Shown here: positions 39,949 to 52,393 of the stretch, one piece after another
Layout of the letters: each line of letters begins with the position of its first letter
Numbering within the stretch: the stretch's first letter is position 1
Assembly (NCBI GenBank): GCA_033442325.1
Contig: JAWQFM010000024.1
Location: 788,584-852,583 of the forward strand
DNA from: Salpingoeca rosetta
Lineage: Eukaryota; Protista; Choanoflagellata
Direction: 5' to 3'
DNA: 64,000 bases
The notes under the pieces: generated by a model
Database searches by the model: none
What the model was told of the DNA's origin: nothing
Seen by the model: the letters and a program-made list of their open reading frames with translations, nothing else
Program-made: the position numbers and the translations under genes

Positions 39949-40885
39949 CAAGTGCTTGCTTACAGTTCACGTGTCACGACGCCTCGATATGCATGCAGAG
40001 TCCGCATGCAACACACAACACACACAACACACGCGCGCACACACAACACACAAATCACACATCAACGTACTTGGCTGTGTAAGATGCCTTGGTAAACTGT
40101 GGGCTGTTGTCGTTGACGTCGGTGACTTCGATGAAGAGGGTGGTGTTGCCTGTGCGGGTCGGCGTGCCACCGTCCCGTGCCTCAATCACAAGCGTGTGCG
40201 TCCTGTTGCGTTCGTAGTCAAGCTGCGTGGCAACAGAGACCCTGCCCTCACCGCTGACGGTGGCAATCTGGAAGATGCCATCCGGGTCACCGCCAATGAT
40301 GAAGTACGTCACGCGGCTGTTCTGCGTCGAGGCGTCGACGTCCACCGCCTTAACAGACACAAACGTCACGTCCGCCTCGAGGTCCTCAGCCACCTTCATC
40401 GTGTACAGGTCCTGGTTGAAGACGGGCGAGTTGTCGTTGACGTCCGTGATGGCGATGAGGATGCGCCCCGTGGTCGAGTCCACGCCATCTGAGACAGACA
40501 CGGTGATGTCGTCGTAGGTGGTGGTGCCAAAGTCTGCGTCGAGCGGAAGGCGCGACGTGACCACACCCGTGTTACGGTCGATTTTGAACGCGGCAGAGCC
40601 ACTCCCAGACAGCGTGTACTGGAGGGTCTGCCCCGCATCGGGGTCTGTTGCAGTGACGGTGCCAACGGTTGGTGTTGGGTCGTCGGTTTCGGGAACGCTG
40701 AAGATGTACAGGTCACCAAAGAGGGTGCCCTGGAAGGTGGGCGGTGTGTTCTGCGCCACCGCCACTCCGAGTAACAAGGATGCGAGCAGCAGCCCCGCGG
40801 TCACAAGCATCCCGGCGCACGCCGGTGATGGGTGGCGGCGGCGGCGGGGGCTGGGGGCGAGTGCCCGGCCAAGTGGGCGCGCCAT
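8506..40885 (-). CDS. Giant coherin-type cadherin (~9,800 aa): signal peptide, >50 EC repeats, 2x TMEM132-like/cohesin/dockerin modules, Kunitz, TM, acidic tail
   Basis: ATG at 40885 with a hydrophobic signal (LVTAGLLLASLLLGVAVA). Exons 40885-40071, 39859-39682, 39430-gap, ~38648-38291, ~37983-36864, ~36587-36319, ~36020-35190, then a huge coding block 34758-8506. PE, DxD, LDRE/LDYE and DxNDNxPxF cadherin motifs recur throughout. The frame is interrupted by an alien segment (15546-16022) and an N gap (12336-12818). Confidence 0.92.
8851..8901 (-). other. Cytoplasmic PP1-docking motifs: GILK (SILK-type) plus KPRVSF (RVxF)
   Basis: Translation SRGILKVGGNSGSKPRVSFG in the cadherin tail. Confidence 0.7.
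9707..9771 (-). other. Single transmembrane helix of the cadherin
   Basis: ILIAGFTAAALLVFIVLLLLLL followed by the basic stop-transfer sequence RYQRQRK. Confidence 0.9.
10190..10435 (-). other. Possible SEA/MAD-like membrane-adjacent domain
   Basis: After the last EC: DYLVTITTR…LDALGDILGGRLVVLEV…TDITFYVVN…EVLPTDRVNTIL. The pattern resembles the ferredoxin-like MAD domains of CDH23/PCDH15-type cadherins (judged by eye). Confidence 0.45.
11413..11580 (-). other. Kunitz/BPTI domain
   Basis: CLLPRASGSTNC…RYRYDRSTATCVAFDFYGCQGNANNFETKHECETTC has six Cys and the F.F.GC.GN.NNF…EC…C signature. Confidence 0.95.
11887..12102 (-). other. Dockerin-like domain 2
   Basis: Duplicated Ca-loop/helix segments GDANGDCEFDIRDVSYTQLYL and MDADLNDEINLADAKYMAL. 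Confidence 0.8.
12336..12818. other. Assembly gap, probably spurious (flanks overlap)
   Basis: The 29-mer aacgtcgctgctgctgctgctgcggcggc is identical at 12307-12335 and 12819-12847. Confidence 0.85.
12856..13330 (-). other. Cohesin-like domain 2
   Basis: DDEFEVPVIINTGGVNLGAIDLEIRYSTAFLEV…GVIRVGG…VELARITFRGV matches the cohesin pattern (V.VPV.I…L.I.YD…L…LA.ITF). Confidence 0.8.
15546..16022. other. Compositionally alien ~480-bp segment interrupting the cadherin CDS
   Basis: About 50% GC (hand count 208/420 over 15601-16020), against clearly GC-richer, codon-biased flanks. It gives an immediate in-frame TAG (16021-16019) and has no GT-AG ends, no CA repeats and no TIR or TSD. Confidence 0.85.
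17865..18075 (-). other. Dockerin-like domain 1
   Basis: TGDANGDCVFDIVDVAYTLQYVV…MDADRNGLIDSIDAFYLAKASV matches the type-I dockerin duplicated GD.N.DG..D..D…L motif. Confidence 0.85.
18255..18690 (-). other. Cohesin-like domain 1
   Basis: ASVGDTITVRVAMNVANTPFGAFTLRMFYDDAKLEAV…HVATIKFNVIGTGLTQI matches the cohesin consensus. Confidence 0.85.
19700..21600 (-). other. TMEM132-like region, copy 1 (copy 2 at ~14450-16520)
   Basis: VRVALQVRD…C…GVC…LP..YF, then VVNTARLTG…SCSSANAAVLQTSGC…LDG.E..G…FKVWHP..PL.L..SD..L…C…FQ. This follows the TMEM132 N-terminal/Ig pattern (recognised by eye). Confidence 0.7.
38676..38741. repeat. (GAT)n microsatellite in a cadherin intron
   Basis: About 22 GAT/AAT units. 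Confidence 0.9.
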
Positions 40886-41775
40886 CAACACGGACGGCGA
40901 TGCTTCTCGCCGGTGAGTGTTTTCTGGCAGTGCGCGAGCAGGCGCGTGCGGCCTCCTTGTGCTGCGCTGCTGTTTGTCTTGTGAGTTGTTTGCGTGGGTC
41001 GTTACAAACAAATGATGTGTGAAAGTTTGGGATGTGCCGTCGCTGAGTGTAGATGAAACGAGGGGTAACAGTGGCGCCTCAGAACCACTTGTCAGAAGAG
41101 GAAGAGGAAGGTCAGGTCAGTATACACAGGCACACACGTTCTGGTGTGCGTGTGGGTAATTGGCCTTCAACCACACAGAAGACGCGAAGAAGCCGTTTTG
41201 CTGCTGTGCCAAAAGGGCGTGGCAAAACCTGTGGTGGGTTGTTGTTGTGGTTGTTGGTCGATGGTCGACGCGTTTCAAGAACAAAAGCACACAGACGGAG
41301 ACGGATGGATGATGTGTGAGGTTGCACTTGTGTGTGTGTGTGTGCGTCCAAGGCGGCAGGCGAGCGGCGGTCACAAACAGCGCAACAATCCCCCCCCCCA
41401 TACAATGTCAGCAAGATGGCGATAGCGCAGACACGCCATCCAAACTCACTCAGCCAGCAAGAAGAAGGGTGTGGTGGGTGTTTTGTTTTTGTGTGTGGTT
41501 TTTCTGCCTGCAACAAACAGCACACAGCACACAGCAGCGTGGCTGTTGTGTGGGAAGCGCTTCACCGTGCGGATAATTTGTTAAAGGGAAGGTGAAAAAT
41601 CGGCTCACAATAATAAAAAAAAGGTGCGATTGATTTGAGGCAAGCAAGCAACAAGGAGGAGCGCGGAGCGTCGTCACTCACTGCTAACGTTGAGCTTTTG
41701 ATGGATGGTGGTGCTGGGTTGTGGATGCACAGAAGCAGCAGCATCAGAAGCAGCAGCATCAAATAGTGGAGGAGG

Positions 41776-43281
41776 ATGGATGAGGCAAGCAGTTTGCCGT
41801 GGTTCTCCCTTCTTGGGTTTGAAGCACCGGTGCACTCGTGTGTCTTTGTCCAAGGCACTCGCAGGGACTGCCTCGTCACTGGGTGCGTGTCTGTGTGCGT
41901 GTCTGTGTGTGTGTGTGTGTGTGCGTGTGTCTGTGTGCGTGTGTCTGCGTCTGTGTCTGTGTGTCTGTGTGCGTGTGTCTGCGTCTGTGTCTGTGTGCGT
42001 GTGTCTGCGTCTGTGTCTGTGCGTCTGTATGTCTGTCTGCCTGTCTGTGTGTCTGTATGTGTGTCCGTCCGTCTGTCTGTCTGTCTGTCTGTCTGTCTGT
42101 GTCTATGTTTGTGCCTGATTCCTCTTAGCCTCCTCTACCCTCCCCCCCCCGCCCACTCCCACGCCTCACCATCCCTCTCATCGCATGGCATCATGTCCTC
42201 CTTGGTCAGGTGCGAGGATGGCATGCTTCTGTTGTGGGACCTCAAGGAACGCAAGTGTGCATGGCAAATGCGCTGTCACCGCGGTGCCATCCTTGGCCTG
42301 CAGGCATTCCCTGTAAGTGCACATATATGGATGTTGGGGGGGGGGGTAGTTGTGTATGTGGGTGTGGGGTGTATTACATGGTTCTTCTGTGGGTCGTGCA
42401 GTCATTCTCGCACCACACGCCACCCTCATACACACACACGCGTACACACATACACACGCCACGCTCATACATTCACCACCACCCTCACACACGTTGTTCT
42501 GGTTTGTGTTAGAACGCAGAGGGACAGCTACTCGTGGCGTCGTGGGGAAGGGATCAGCTGCTGCAGGTGTGGAACGTGACGGCGTTTGTCGGCCATGCAA
42601 CCCCCGCACCTTCACCAGCCGCCACAAAGGCTGATGGCAGTGGTGACGACGATGCCGACGATGACGAGCAGTTTGGCGGTATTGTGATTCCCTTCTTGGA
42701 GGTGAAGAAGGAGCTTGGTGGCATCAACTTCTGCCGCATGGCCAGTGTGTCCCTGCGGGTACATGATGATGCGGATGGGCACCACCGCGGCGGGGCGAGG
42801 GCTGTGCTTGCACTGTCAGACGCAGACAACGAGACCTTGCTGCTTGTGGACACGTGGACGTGGGAGACGATGAAGATTGCCGTGCCAGACCAGGGGCAGC
42901 TCATGGCTGTGGCGCTGTTCGCCGCCGATAACGACACCACTGGCACCAGTCACAGTGACGAATGTGCGAGTAGTAGTAACAGCGACAGTCACACTGGTAG
43001 TGGCAGTTGCGAAAGCAAGTGCTCGGGCTTCGTCGCGCTCACAGCACACGAGAGTGGGCAGCTTCGGCTGTGGCGCATGCAGCACAACCAACACGGTGGC
43101 AACGGTGACGATGAGGGTGATAAGCGGCCACCATCGGTCGGGGATAGGGAGGCGTGGTTTGCTGGGCTGCAGCATGAGCTGCTCTCCACGGTGGAAGTGA
43201 CGCCAACACCTGTTCCCGTCGTCTCCGTCGCCTACCAGCAAGGACGCATCCTCTGTGGCAACGCAGAGTCAAAGTAGGTTC

Positions 43282-43341
<60 letters not shown>

Positions 43342-43702
43342 TGTATGTGTGTGCGTGTATGCAACTTGCTGTGTTGCTCGCTGTGTACCCCGCTCTGTAT
43401 GACATGGCGCCTACCTTTGCGGTCGGCAAAGTGTTGACGCCTGTGTGACTGCTGCGCTTTGATAGACTGTTCGTGGTGGCCGTTCCATCGGACTGGACCA
43501 TGACTGTGAAGAAGGAGCTCTCGCTGCCTGAAGGCCTCACCAACGCAATCAGGTCTGCAAGTGGCGGTGGTGGTTGTGGTGCTGGTCGTCGTCGTGGTCG
43601 TGATTGCTGTCAATCCCGCTGCCGCCTACCTGAGTTGCGATCACGCTCACATGGTCAAGTACCAAGCAACAAACTCGTTTGTCCCGCTCTCTAACCCTCG
43701 TT

Positions 43703-43800
<98 letters not shown>

Positions 43801-44089
43801 TACACACACAAACACACACACACGCAGTGTGCGGGATGCGCCTGCGCGGCTGTTCGCCGCTGCGTGCAGTGACAACAAAGTGCGCGTGTACTCGCGCAAG
43901 GGGCGTGCTCTTGCCGTGCTGGACCAACACGTCGACAGCGCACTATGCGTTGCCCACAGTGCACCGCTAAAGCACGTGACGCTGTCGCTCATTGACCCTT
44001 CGCACCCGCCCGGTGGCGTGCTGCTGGCGAGTGGCGGTAAGGACTGTGTTGTGCACCTCTGGTCCCTCTACAACGAGGACGCGGTGTGA
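41776..44089 (+). CDS. WD40-repeat protein, GNB1L/Asa1-like
   Basis: Exons 41776-41882, 42210-42312 (GCEDGMLLLWDL…CHRGAIL), ~42519-43274 (SWGRDQLLQVW…INFCRMA…HESGQLRLW), ~43465-43552 and 43828-44089 (FAAACSDNKVRVY…LAVLDQH…LLASGGKDCVVHLWSLY). The 3' splice phases are consistent. Confidence 0.8.
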
Positions 44090-44199
44090 TGATATGTGTG
44101 CATGCATACAGGAGCAGCTGCAGAGGGGGCGCTGATCGGTGCTGTGCGAAGAAGAGTGATTGCGTAGGACTGCTTCTCGTGTCGTTCTTAGTCTCGCCG

Positions 44200-44241
<42 letters not shown>

Positions 44242-44790
44242 GTGTCATTGTCGTCACATGCAAGTGAGCCCAGTTGCTGCAAACAACATCGAGGTACAAC
44301 AGTAAACGACTAGGATAGGTAATGATTTGATGTGGTCATCGGGGAAGAAGCAAAAGGTTTAATGCACACTTGAAAGTAAACGCACGCACATCACCACATC
44401 ACGAACACATCACCACATCACTTACACACACGCGCGCGCACACACGCGCACACACACACACACAGGATGGTTACATAACCCAACATGCTCACTCACTCGC
44501 GCTCACACATTCTCACATCCTAACGCAGCAATGAAAAGGAAAAAGCTGAGAGTGGGTACAAAACATGGAAACGAAAAGCCACCGGGGGAGGGAGACATTT
44601 GGCTCAGCAAAGCCACCGGGGGAGGGAGACAGCCGACAAGGCAACGCAAGGTGAGGCGGAGGGCCGACAAGGCAACGCAAGGTGAGGCGGNNNNNNNNNN
44701 NNNNNNNNNNNNNNNNNNNNNNNNNNNNNNNNNNNNNNNNNNNNNNNNNNNNNNNNNNNNNNNNNNNNNNNNNNNNNNNNNNNNNNNNNN

Positions 44791-44836
<46 letters not shown>

Positions 44837-44937
44837 ATGGTGTTGATCGGATACCACGTGTAACGATGACACGTACACGCTCATACACAGACAACAAACA
44901 TTATTGCACATGCATTTGTGTTTGCCTGCAAGCATAC

Positions 44938-45291
44938 CGTCTCCTCTTCGCCCTGGAGCATCCTGACTTCGGGCTTGCTGCCGTTGATCTCTGTCTCGCG
45001 CTCCTGCACCGCCTTCACAGCAGCAGCAGCAGAGCCGCTCGTCTTGTACCGCACGTACCCCTGTACACAGAGAGAGGGGTGAAGGGAAAGAGAGAGGGAA
45101 GGGGAAGAGAGGGGGAGAGAGGGGGAGGGAGGGGGGAGGGAGTGACACAGACAGAGAGGAGGAGAGATACGTATATGCACCGGCAGGCGTGAGCACAAAG
45201 GCGAGGCATGTGGAACACACAATTGGCAACTGCTACTGCAAGCACACGTGTTCAGACGACCAGTGCACATGCATACACACACACGCACGCA

Positions 45292-45323
<32 letters not shown>

Positions 45324-46779
45324 TACACACACATACATACACACACATACGTACACACGCACGCACGCACGCACGCACACACCTGTGTCTCGCCGCGGGC
45401 AAAGTCGACCCAGGCGACCTCGCCAAACTCCTCAAAGACGTCCTTGAGGTCCTCGCGTGAGGTGTCGTCCGGCACGCCAGCAAGATGCACAACGCAGTCC
45501 TTGTCCATCACTGCCGTCACTGTCTCCCGCATCTTCGACTTCTGCGCCCTATCCGCAGAGGCAGACACGCGGCAGAGGGGAGGAGGGGGCGCAGAGGGAG
45601 AACATTTGGTGAGGGCCATTGTGATGGTGGTCATTGTGGTGGTAATCGTGGTGAGGGGTGGCTGGTTGGATGGCTGGTTGGATGGCGGGTCGGATGGTGG
45701 TCGGATGGGCGTAGCAAGTGTTGCAGCGAGCATGCTTACGCCGACACAAAGACATGCAACCACCGCGAAACGTACTCTTCTTGGTCCTGCTTCTTCTTCT
45801 GGCGGTATTCGTTGCGCATGGCAGACTTCATCTCGAGGTAGTCGACCTTCATGTGCATCTCGACGTCCTTGTCGTCAAGCTGCATCAGACACAGCAGGCA
45901 GCACACGGTGGATGTGAGCAGGCAGTCACACACGCAGCTGCGTGTCTGTGTGTGTCTGCGTGCGTGTGTGTGTGTGTGTCTGTGTGTGTGTGTGTGTCTG
46001 TGTGTGCGTGCGTGTGTGTGCGCGCGCACGTGTGTGTGTGTACGTGTACGTGTACGTGTATGCGCACGCGATACACATGTGCACATGATTGTGAATGAGT
46101 GGGTGTGTGCAGACGTGCGCTCACAATACCGTGAGTGGGGTGTCCACGACTTGCTTGGCAACCTCAGGGGTGGCAAACTGCACAAAGGCAGAGGCTGCGC
46201 AAACCAGGTTCAACACACGAGTGAGGTGATTGCGTCAACAACAAAGTGGCAGAAGCTCGAGTCATGAACCACACATCGGCGCACATGTGTCACATTAGTG
46301 CACACGCACTCCCTTTCACGCCACGCGCGCGTTCCCTCTTCACCCCCCACGCAGCGGCACGCTCGCTCCACGTTGTGCAAGGCAGCCCACGTTCATCTCA
46401 AAGGGCATGACTCACGCTTGTTCTTCTTTGTCTTGAACTGCTTGCGGATCTGCACGTGCTCGGGCTCAAACCCCTTCTCCTTGAAGAAAGACTGTACACA
46501 CGCACGTGCACGTGAAAAGGGGGGGGGGGCACGCGAGAGGGTGAATCAGAGGTATTAACGCAAGTAAGGTTGGTGGAAACAACGTGACGAGGGCGCATAC
46601 AGCATGCATGAAAGGGTTCACACACAGCCGTGTTGGGACTGTGAAGCGTACCGCGACGGTGTCCACGTTGATTGTCTTGGGGTCGAAGCCCTTGACGTAG
46701 ATGGTGCGCTGGTCCAGCTCCTCCTGTGTGGCAATGGGCTTGGCAGGGTTGCGGCGAATGGCATCCCCACTCTCGCTAC

Positions 46780-46860
<81 letters not shown>

Positions 46861-47394
46861 CGTTTGTGTGAGCTCAGTGAATCGTAGCCCTGGCGTCGTT
46901 CGCATACACGTGCACGCTTATACACAACACACACGCACACGCACACATGCGCATACAACACACACGTAGCCACTGACTTGAGCTGAAAATGGACCGAGTT
47001 TGGCGCCTCCTTGAGAGCAGCAACAACCTCGTCCTGGTCCTCAGTGATGGTCTTCAGCCTGCATCACGTACGTGCGCCAGTGATATATTATATTACGCGT
47101 AAGCAAAGCGAAGCAGCCATCCCCAGCACTGGACATGCGCAGGAAGCAAGGCAGCATACACATGTGCGACTACACACTCACAAGACCAACACACTCACAA
47201 GACCAACACACACACACACACATCCACGCGCACACGACAGACGCACTTGTTGAAGGTGAGGAGGGTGGAAAGCGGGATCCATTGCTCGTCGCTCTTCTTT
47301 GCAGTCTCCTGCATGAACTTGTCACGAGGGTAGTTGCGATCGGAGAAGTAGTACTGCACAAATAATGGACAATGCGAGGAGTAGTATGTGTGCG

Positions 47395-47426
<32 letters not shown>

Positions 47427-47680
47427 CGTGTGTGAGTGTGAGTGTGTGTGTGCGTGTGCGTGTGTGTGTGTATGTGTGTGTGTGCGTGTGTATGTGTGTG
47501 TGTGCGTGTGTGTGTATGTGTGTATGTGTGTGTGTGAGTGAGTGTGTGTGTGTGTGTGTGTGTGTTCCTGTGTGCTTGGGCATCATGGACAGCATGATCC
47601 CACTTGATGTTCAACGGGTACAACGCAACGCATCAACTCACCTCCACTTGCTTGATGATCTTGGCCTGCTGGTCTGCCAT
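44938..47680 (-). CDS. SSB: La autoantigen homolog (La motif + RRM1 + RRM2), 3' end unresolved near gap
   Basis: [13 protein letters not shown]|[14 protein letters not shown]…[12 protein letters not shown]|LKTIT (La motif), then IRRNPAKP…RTIYVKGF (RRM1) and [26 protein letters not shown]|GYVRY (RRM2). Confidence 0.92.
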
Positions 47681-48367
47681 GATGCCTGTGTATGATGTGT
47701 GATGTATCTGGTGCTGCTGGAACTATGAAAGCGAGGAGAGAGCGAGAGGGGAGGGCATGGATGGAAAATGAGTGAGTCCAAGCGAGCAATTACATGGATG
47801 CTGCCATCACCACCACCACCACCACCATCACCACTTGCACCCCCCTCACGATCCACATGTGTTACAACACCACAACACCACACCTCGTGGCTTTGCTTCT
47901 TGCTTGCTTTGGGCTTGAGGGGTGCACGTGTGGATACGAATATTGGGTATAATGCCCGTTGTTTTTCCTTTACGGCGATCGCTCGCGCCAACAGCGCTCA
48001 TTTTTTTTCCCCCAAACCAAACCAAACCAAACCAAACCACCAGTCAAGATGGGTGCGTGGCGTGTGCATGCCGTGTGTGTGGTGTGCGTGTGCTTGGCGC
48101 CCGTGGCTTGCAGTTGCTGGAGGTGCAGGAGCAATGCATGTGTGCATGTGTGTGAATGGCGACGATTGCAGGATCAGCTGTGGTTGTTGTTTCGACCTTT
48201 TCTTTGTGTGTGTTTCGCCTTTGCTGCTTGACAAAGAGTGTGTTCACAACATTCACACGCCACTGACCACAACGTCACCCACAACCTCTTGCCCTGCTCC
48301 ATCTTCCCATCTTCCCCATCTTCCCCTCTTCTCCTTTCTTTACTTGTTGCTTGGTTTAGCCGGACGC

Positions 48368-48448
48368 ATGCGTGTGTACGTGGGAGGTCTTCCCGATGAT
48401 GCCGACAAGCGTGAGCTTGAGGCCGAGTTCTCCAAGTTTGGCCGGTAC

Positions 48449-48479
<31 letters not shown>

Positions 48480-51350
48480 GAAGTGCTGTGCTCACATCAT
48501 GCATTCGCTCCTCGTGATTGTTGCAATGGTTGTGGGATGTGGGTTGTGCTGGTGTTTGTGTTTGTTGTCTCACCTCCCTCCCCTCCCGCCGTCTCTTGTT
48601 CTTTGTCGCTTTCTCGACCATGCACACACGCACCACACTGACACGCACGCACACACACTGATACACTGATACATACACGTACTCTCCCTGCCTTGCTCTC
48701 GCTTGCACCGCAAACACACACAGCCTCCAGGATGTGTGGGTCGCCCGCAAGCCTCCTGGCTTCGCCTTTATCGAGTTTGAGAACGACATGGACGCTCGCG
48801 TAAGTGTCCTTCTTTGTTTTGCTCTGCTTCGTTGCTCTGCTTCGTTGCTCTGCTTCGTTGCTCTGCTTCGTTGCTCTGCTTCGTTGCTCTGCTTTTCACA
48901 TGGTTCCCTCTCTTCTTCTTCTTTTTCTTCTTCTTCTTCTTCTTCTTCTTCTTCTTCTTCTTCTTTTTCTTCTTCTTCTTCTTCTTCTTCTTCTTCTTCT
49001 TCTTCTTCTTCTTCTTGTCGCGCCTGCTTCATGTTGCGGATGCAACTCGACACACACGCCCACGCACAACCACACTTCTTGTCGGCCCCCTCCCTCTCCT
49101 CCTCTCAAACCAACGCCTCACGTTCTTGCACTTACACTCCCTCCTCCCTCCCCCCCCCCCTCCCGCAAAACAAAAACAACTTCAACCGCATGCAGGATGC
49201 TGTGCGTGAGCTCGACGGCCGTGAACTGTGCGGCAACCGCGTTCGCGTCGAGATTGCTCGCGGTGGTCGCCGTGGTGGCGGCGGTGGCGGTGCTCCGTAA
49301 GTCCTTGCTCTTCTGCTTTCATGCACATGCGCTGCGCTGCCTTGTTATATCTCCGCCCAGCTTTGCACCTGCAGAGATGAACACAGACAGCGAGACGATG
49401 GAGAGGCGAAGAGCCAACACTCTGCGTTGAGTTCCTTCCCGCTGCTGTTGCAACCCCTCCTCCCCTCCTCCCCTTTTCTTCTTTCTTTCCCCCTTTCCTC
49501 CACCCCCCCCCTCCTCTTTCTCCTCTCTTTCGACCCTTCTTCTTCTTTCCTCCGTGCCCTCCGCCGGCTGTGACATGTGACGTTGCGTTTTGACGTGTGC
49601 TGGCTCCGGTTGCCTTCTCGCTCTTCGGGGCTGATGCAAAAGCAACCCAAGCCATTGCGTTCCTCCCCCCCCCCCTTCCAGTCTCTTTCCTGTTTCCAAC
49701 CCAACCTATTCGCATCCCAGAGTATCCCCCTCCCCTTCCCCCCCCCCCAATCTCTTTCTTGCACGCGGGCACACAGAACACATGGCACATGCACACGCAC
49801 GCCTGTCGTTCTGTGGTCCTCAACAACCGCCATGAACCACCACCGTGCCACACCTCACCTGATTGCGCTGTGTCCATCTGCCTGCGTTACTCCAACCCCT
49901 CTTCTTCCTGCTTGTGCGCGCCGCTTTCCTTCCTTCTATGGCCCACCCTTGACAACCCCCCTTCGCTTCCGTGCGGCGCTCCGTTTCTTCTCCCCGCTCC
50001 CCTGGGCATCATCGCCTCCGCACACGCGCGTCCTCCTTTCTCGCCCCATCCACCAACCCCACCTCCATCACCGCTGCTCCCTCGCAACCGTCGCTTCCTT
50101 GGGCAAACGCATGCACGCCACCGCGTCGTCATCGCCGTCATTTCCCCGTTCCTCTTCTCCTTCCGTGTCTTGTCCCCTCGCCACACTCTTCCTCGCTTCC
50201 CTTCATTCTCCTTCCTTCCTCGGTCACCGCGCCGCGTCACACGTCACGTCACGTCACACCATCGCTACTTCCGCTTGCGTCGTCCGTCTCGTCCGTCGGC
50301 CCGCCGCCTGTTCCCCCCTCTCTTCACTCGACTCTCCCCTTTCTTCGTTTCACTCCTTGATGTGCATGAGGGCTCACAGTGAGCTCAGCCTTGTGCTTTG
50401 CACTTTGGCAATCACATGAGCCCCACTTGGCCCTTTGCGCTCCACTCCACTCCACTCTTTGTTCCCTTCTCTGCTCTCTCGTCTCATCTCTCGCGTCCGC
50501 AGCTGCATCGCCATCGCCATTGCCTGCTGGTGCTCATCAAACTTGTACCACCGCCTCCTCCACATGCGACCGCCGTTGCTACTGCTGCGGCTGCGGCTGT
50601 TTTTGGTGGCTGGCTGGCTGCTTCACACGCGGGGGCCCTTCATCTCCGCTGCTCTGAACCGCCAACTCACCTTTTCTCTCCCGGTTCGAGCTCACCCCAC
50701 ACTGATGAGAGGGTCACTGCCACCCCTTTGTGCACCTTCCCTTTCCCTGCTACCCGCTCTGCACGCCTCGACTCACCATGTTTCCACAATTGCATGGTCT
50801 TGTGTGTGTGTGTGTGTATCTGTGTCTGTGTATATGTGTCTGTTTGTTTGTCTGTCTGTATGTGTGTGTGTGTGTGTCTTTCTGTCTGTCAATCTATCTG
50901 TCTCTGTGCGTGCGCGCGTGTGTCTGTGTGTCTGTGTGTCTGCTGTGTTGCGTTGCGGGTTGCAGCCGGTACGGGCGCCGCTACGATGACTACGACGACT
51001 TCTACAGCCGCCGTGACCGCTACGATGACCGCCGCGACCGGCACGATGACCGGCGGGATCGCTATGATGACCGCCGCGACCGGCACGACGACCGTCGCCG
51101 TGATCGCCATGACGACCGTCGCCGCACCCCGCCAGATGTCGACCGCGACTTTGAGGAGCGTCGCCCGCGCAGGGACGAGCCCGCCCGCCGTTCCCGTTCC
51201 CGTTCCCGTTCCCGCTCGCCACGTCGGGACCGTTCCCGCTCCCGCTCGCGTTCCCGTTCGCCTCGCCGCGATGAGGCACGCCGCAGCCCCTCGCCAGACC
51301 GCCGCCGGTCCCCCACGCCGCCCCCGCGCGACGACGACCGCCGCGACTGA
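48368..51350 (+). CDS. SR splicing factor, SRSF3/SRSF7 (SRp20/9G8)-like
   Basis: Exons 48368-48444 (MRVYVGGL…), 48724-48799 (VWVARKPPGFAFIEFE), 49196-49296 (DAVRELDGRELCGNRVRVE) and 50966-51350 (RD/RS domain). Confidence 0.92.
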
Positions 51351-51813
51351 GCAGTGACAAGGTTACGGCGGTGGCGCAGGCGCAGCGATTGCAGTGATGT
51401 GGTGTGTCCATGCTGCTGCGCTTGATTACTGTGCCTGTCTGTTTGGTGCCTTTGCTACTCTGGTCATTTTGTCTGTCGCCACCGCCACTGCGAGGCGCTT
51501 CATCGGACAACCGCGATGGCCTCGCTGTTTGATTTGACTCTCTGCTGATCTACGTACGTTGCCTTGCTCCGCGCCCCCACCAACCAACTTTTTTTCGTCC
51601 ACAGTAGCACTTGCCCTTATCTTTGCTTTTGTGTTGTGGCATGTTGTCAAGTTCCCACCCTCAATTTGCTGTCAGCTGTTGTGTTTGTAGTGCATTGTGG
51701 TCTCTGTCTGTTGTGTCTTGTGCCTGTGTTCTTGTAGCGTGAGCTCCTGTGGTCCCCCCCCCCCTTGTGGCTGGTGGCTCATTGCATCCAAGAAGTTGTG
51801 TGGTTTGTGCTGT

Positions 51814-52136
51814 TTACTTGCTCTTCTTTTGATCAAATGGATCCGACCATACCGGCAATCCTGGTGTCACCAACACGACAAGGGAGATGGGGTGGGAGAT
51901 GAGGAAGCAGGAGGGGTGTGCGAATGGATGGATTGAGGTGCACTCTGAACCAGCAGCAACAACGGCAGGAGCAAGCAGACACGTGACGTTAGTACCTTCA
52001 GGTTGAATGTCCTTCTTGGAGAGGCCCTGCTCGCGCAAGAATTCCTGTTGCCGACCACCTTACATGCGGAATGTGTGTGTGAGAGAGACAGAGAAAGAGA
52101 GACAGAGACAGAGACAGAGAGAGTGTGTGTGTGTGT

Positions 52137-52172
<36 letters not shown>

Positions 52173-52393
52173 AGAGACAGCTTGCACTGTGGAGAGGGCA
52201 CGTTGCGGTGGGCACGAGGGTGTGGCATTTGCATGCGGTGGATTGTGGCCACAGGAGCCACCTCAAACAGCAGGCGGTACTCACGGTATTCCGAGGCGTC
52301 CATGAGAGGGGCAAACACAATTGGGTAGAGTGCAGCCATGGTCAGGGCCACGACGCCAACCACCGCCGCAGCAGACTTGCCACCTCGAGCCAT
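51814..52393 (-). CDS. SMIM20: SMIM20/MITRAC7 homolog (phoenixin precursor family)
   Basis: Exons 52393-52285, 52058-51996 and 51860-51814 are in phase: MARGGKSAAAVVGVVALTMAALYPIVFAPLMDASEYRGRQQEFLREQGLSKKDIQPEGLPVWSDPFDQKKSK. This matches the family motifs AA.YPI.F.PLM…EY and D.QP.GL.VWSDPF. Confidence 0.9.

Noticed and set aside
44632-44690. 28-nt direct repeat gccgacaaggcaacgcaaggtgaggcgg x2
   Set aside because: Only two copies, abutting an N gap. More likely a minisatellite edge or low-quality contig end than an array.
48820-48893. 13-nt tandem repeat (gctctgcttcgtt)n
   Set aside because: Intronic minisatellite without spacers; not CRISPR.
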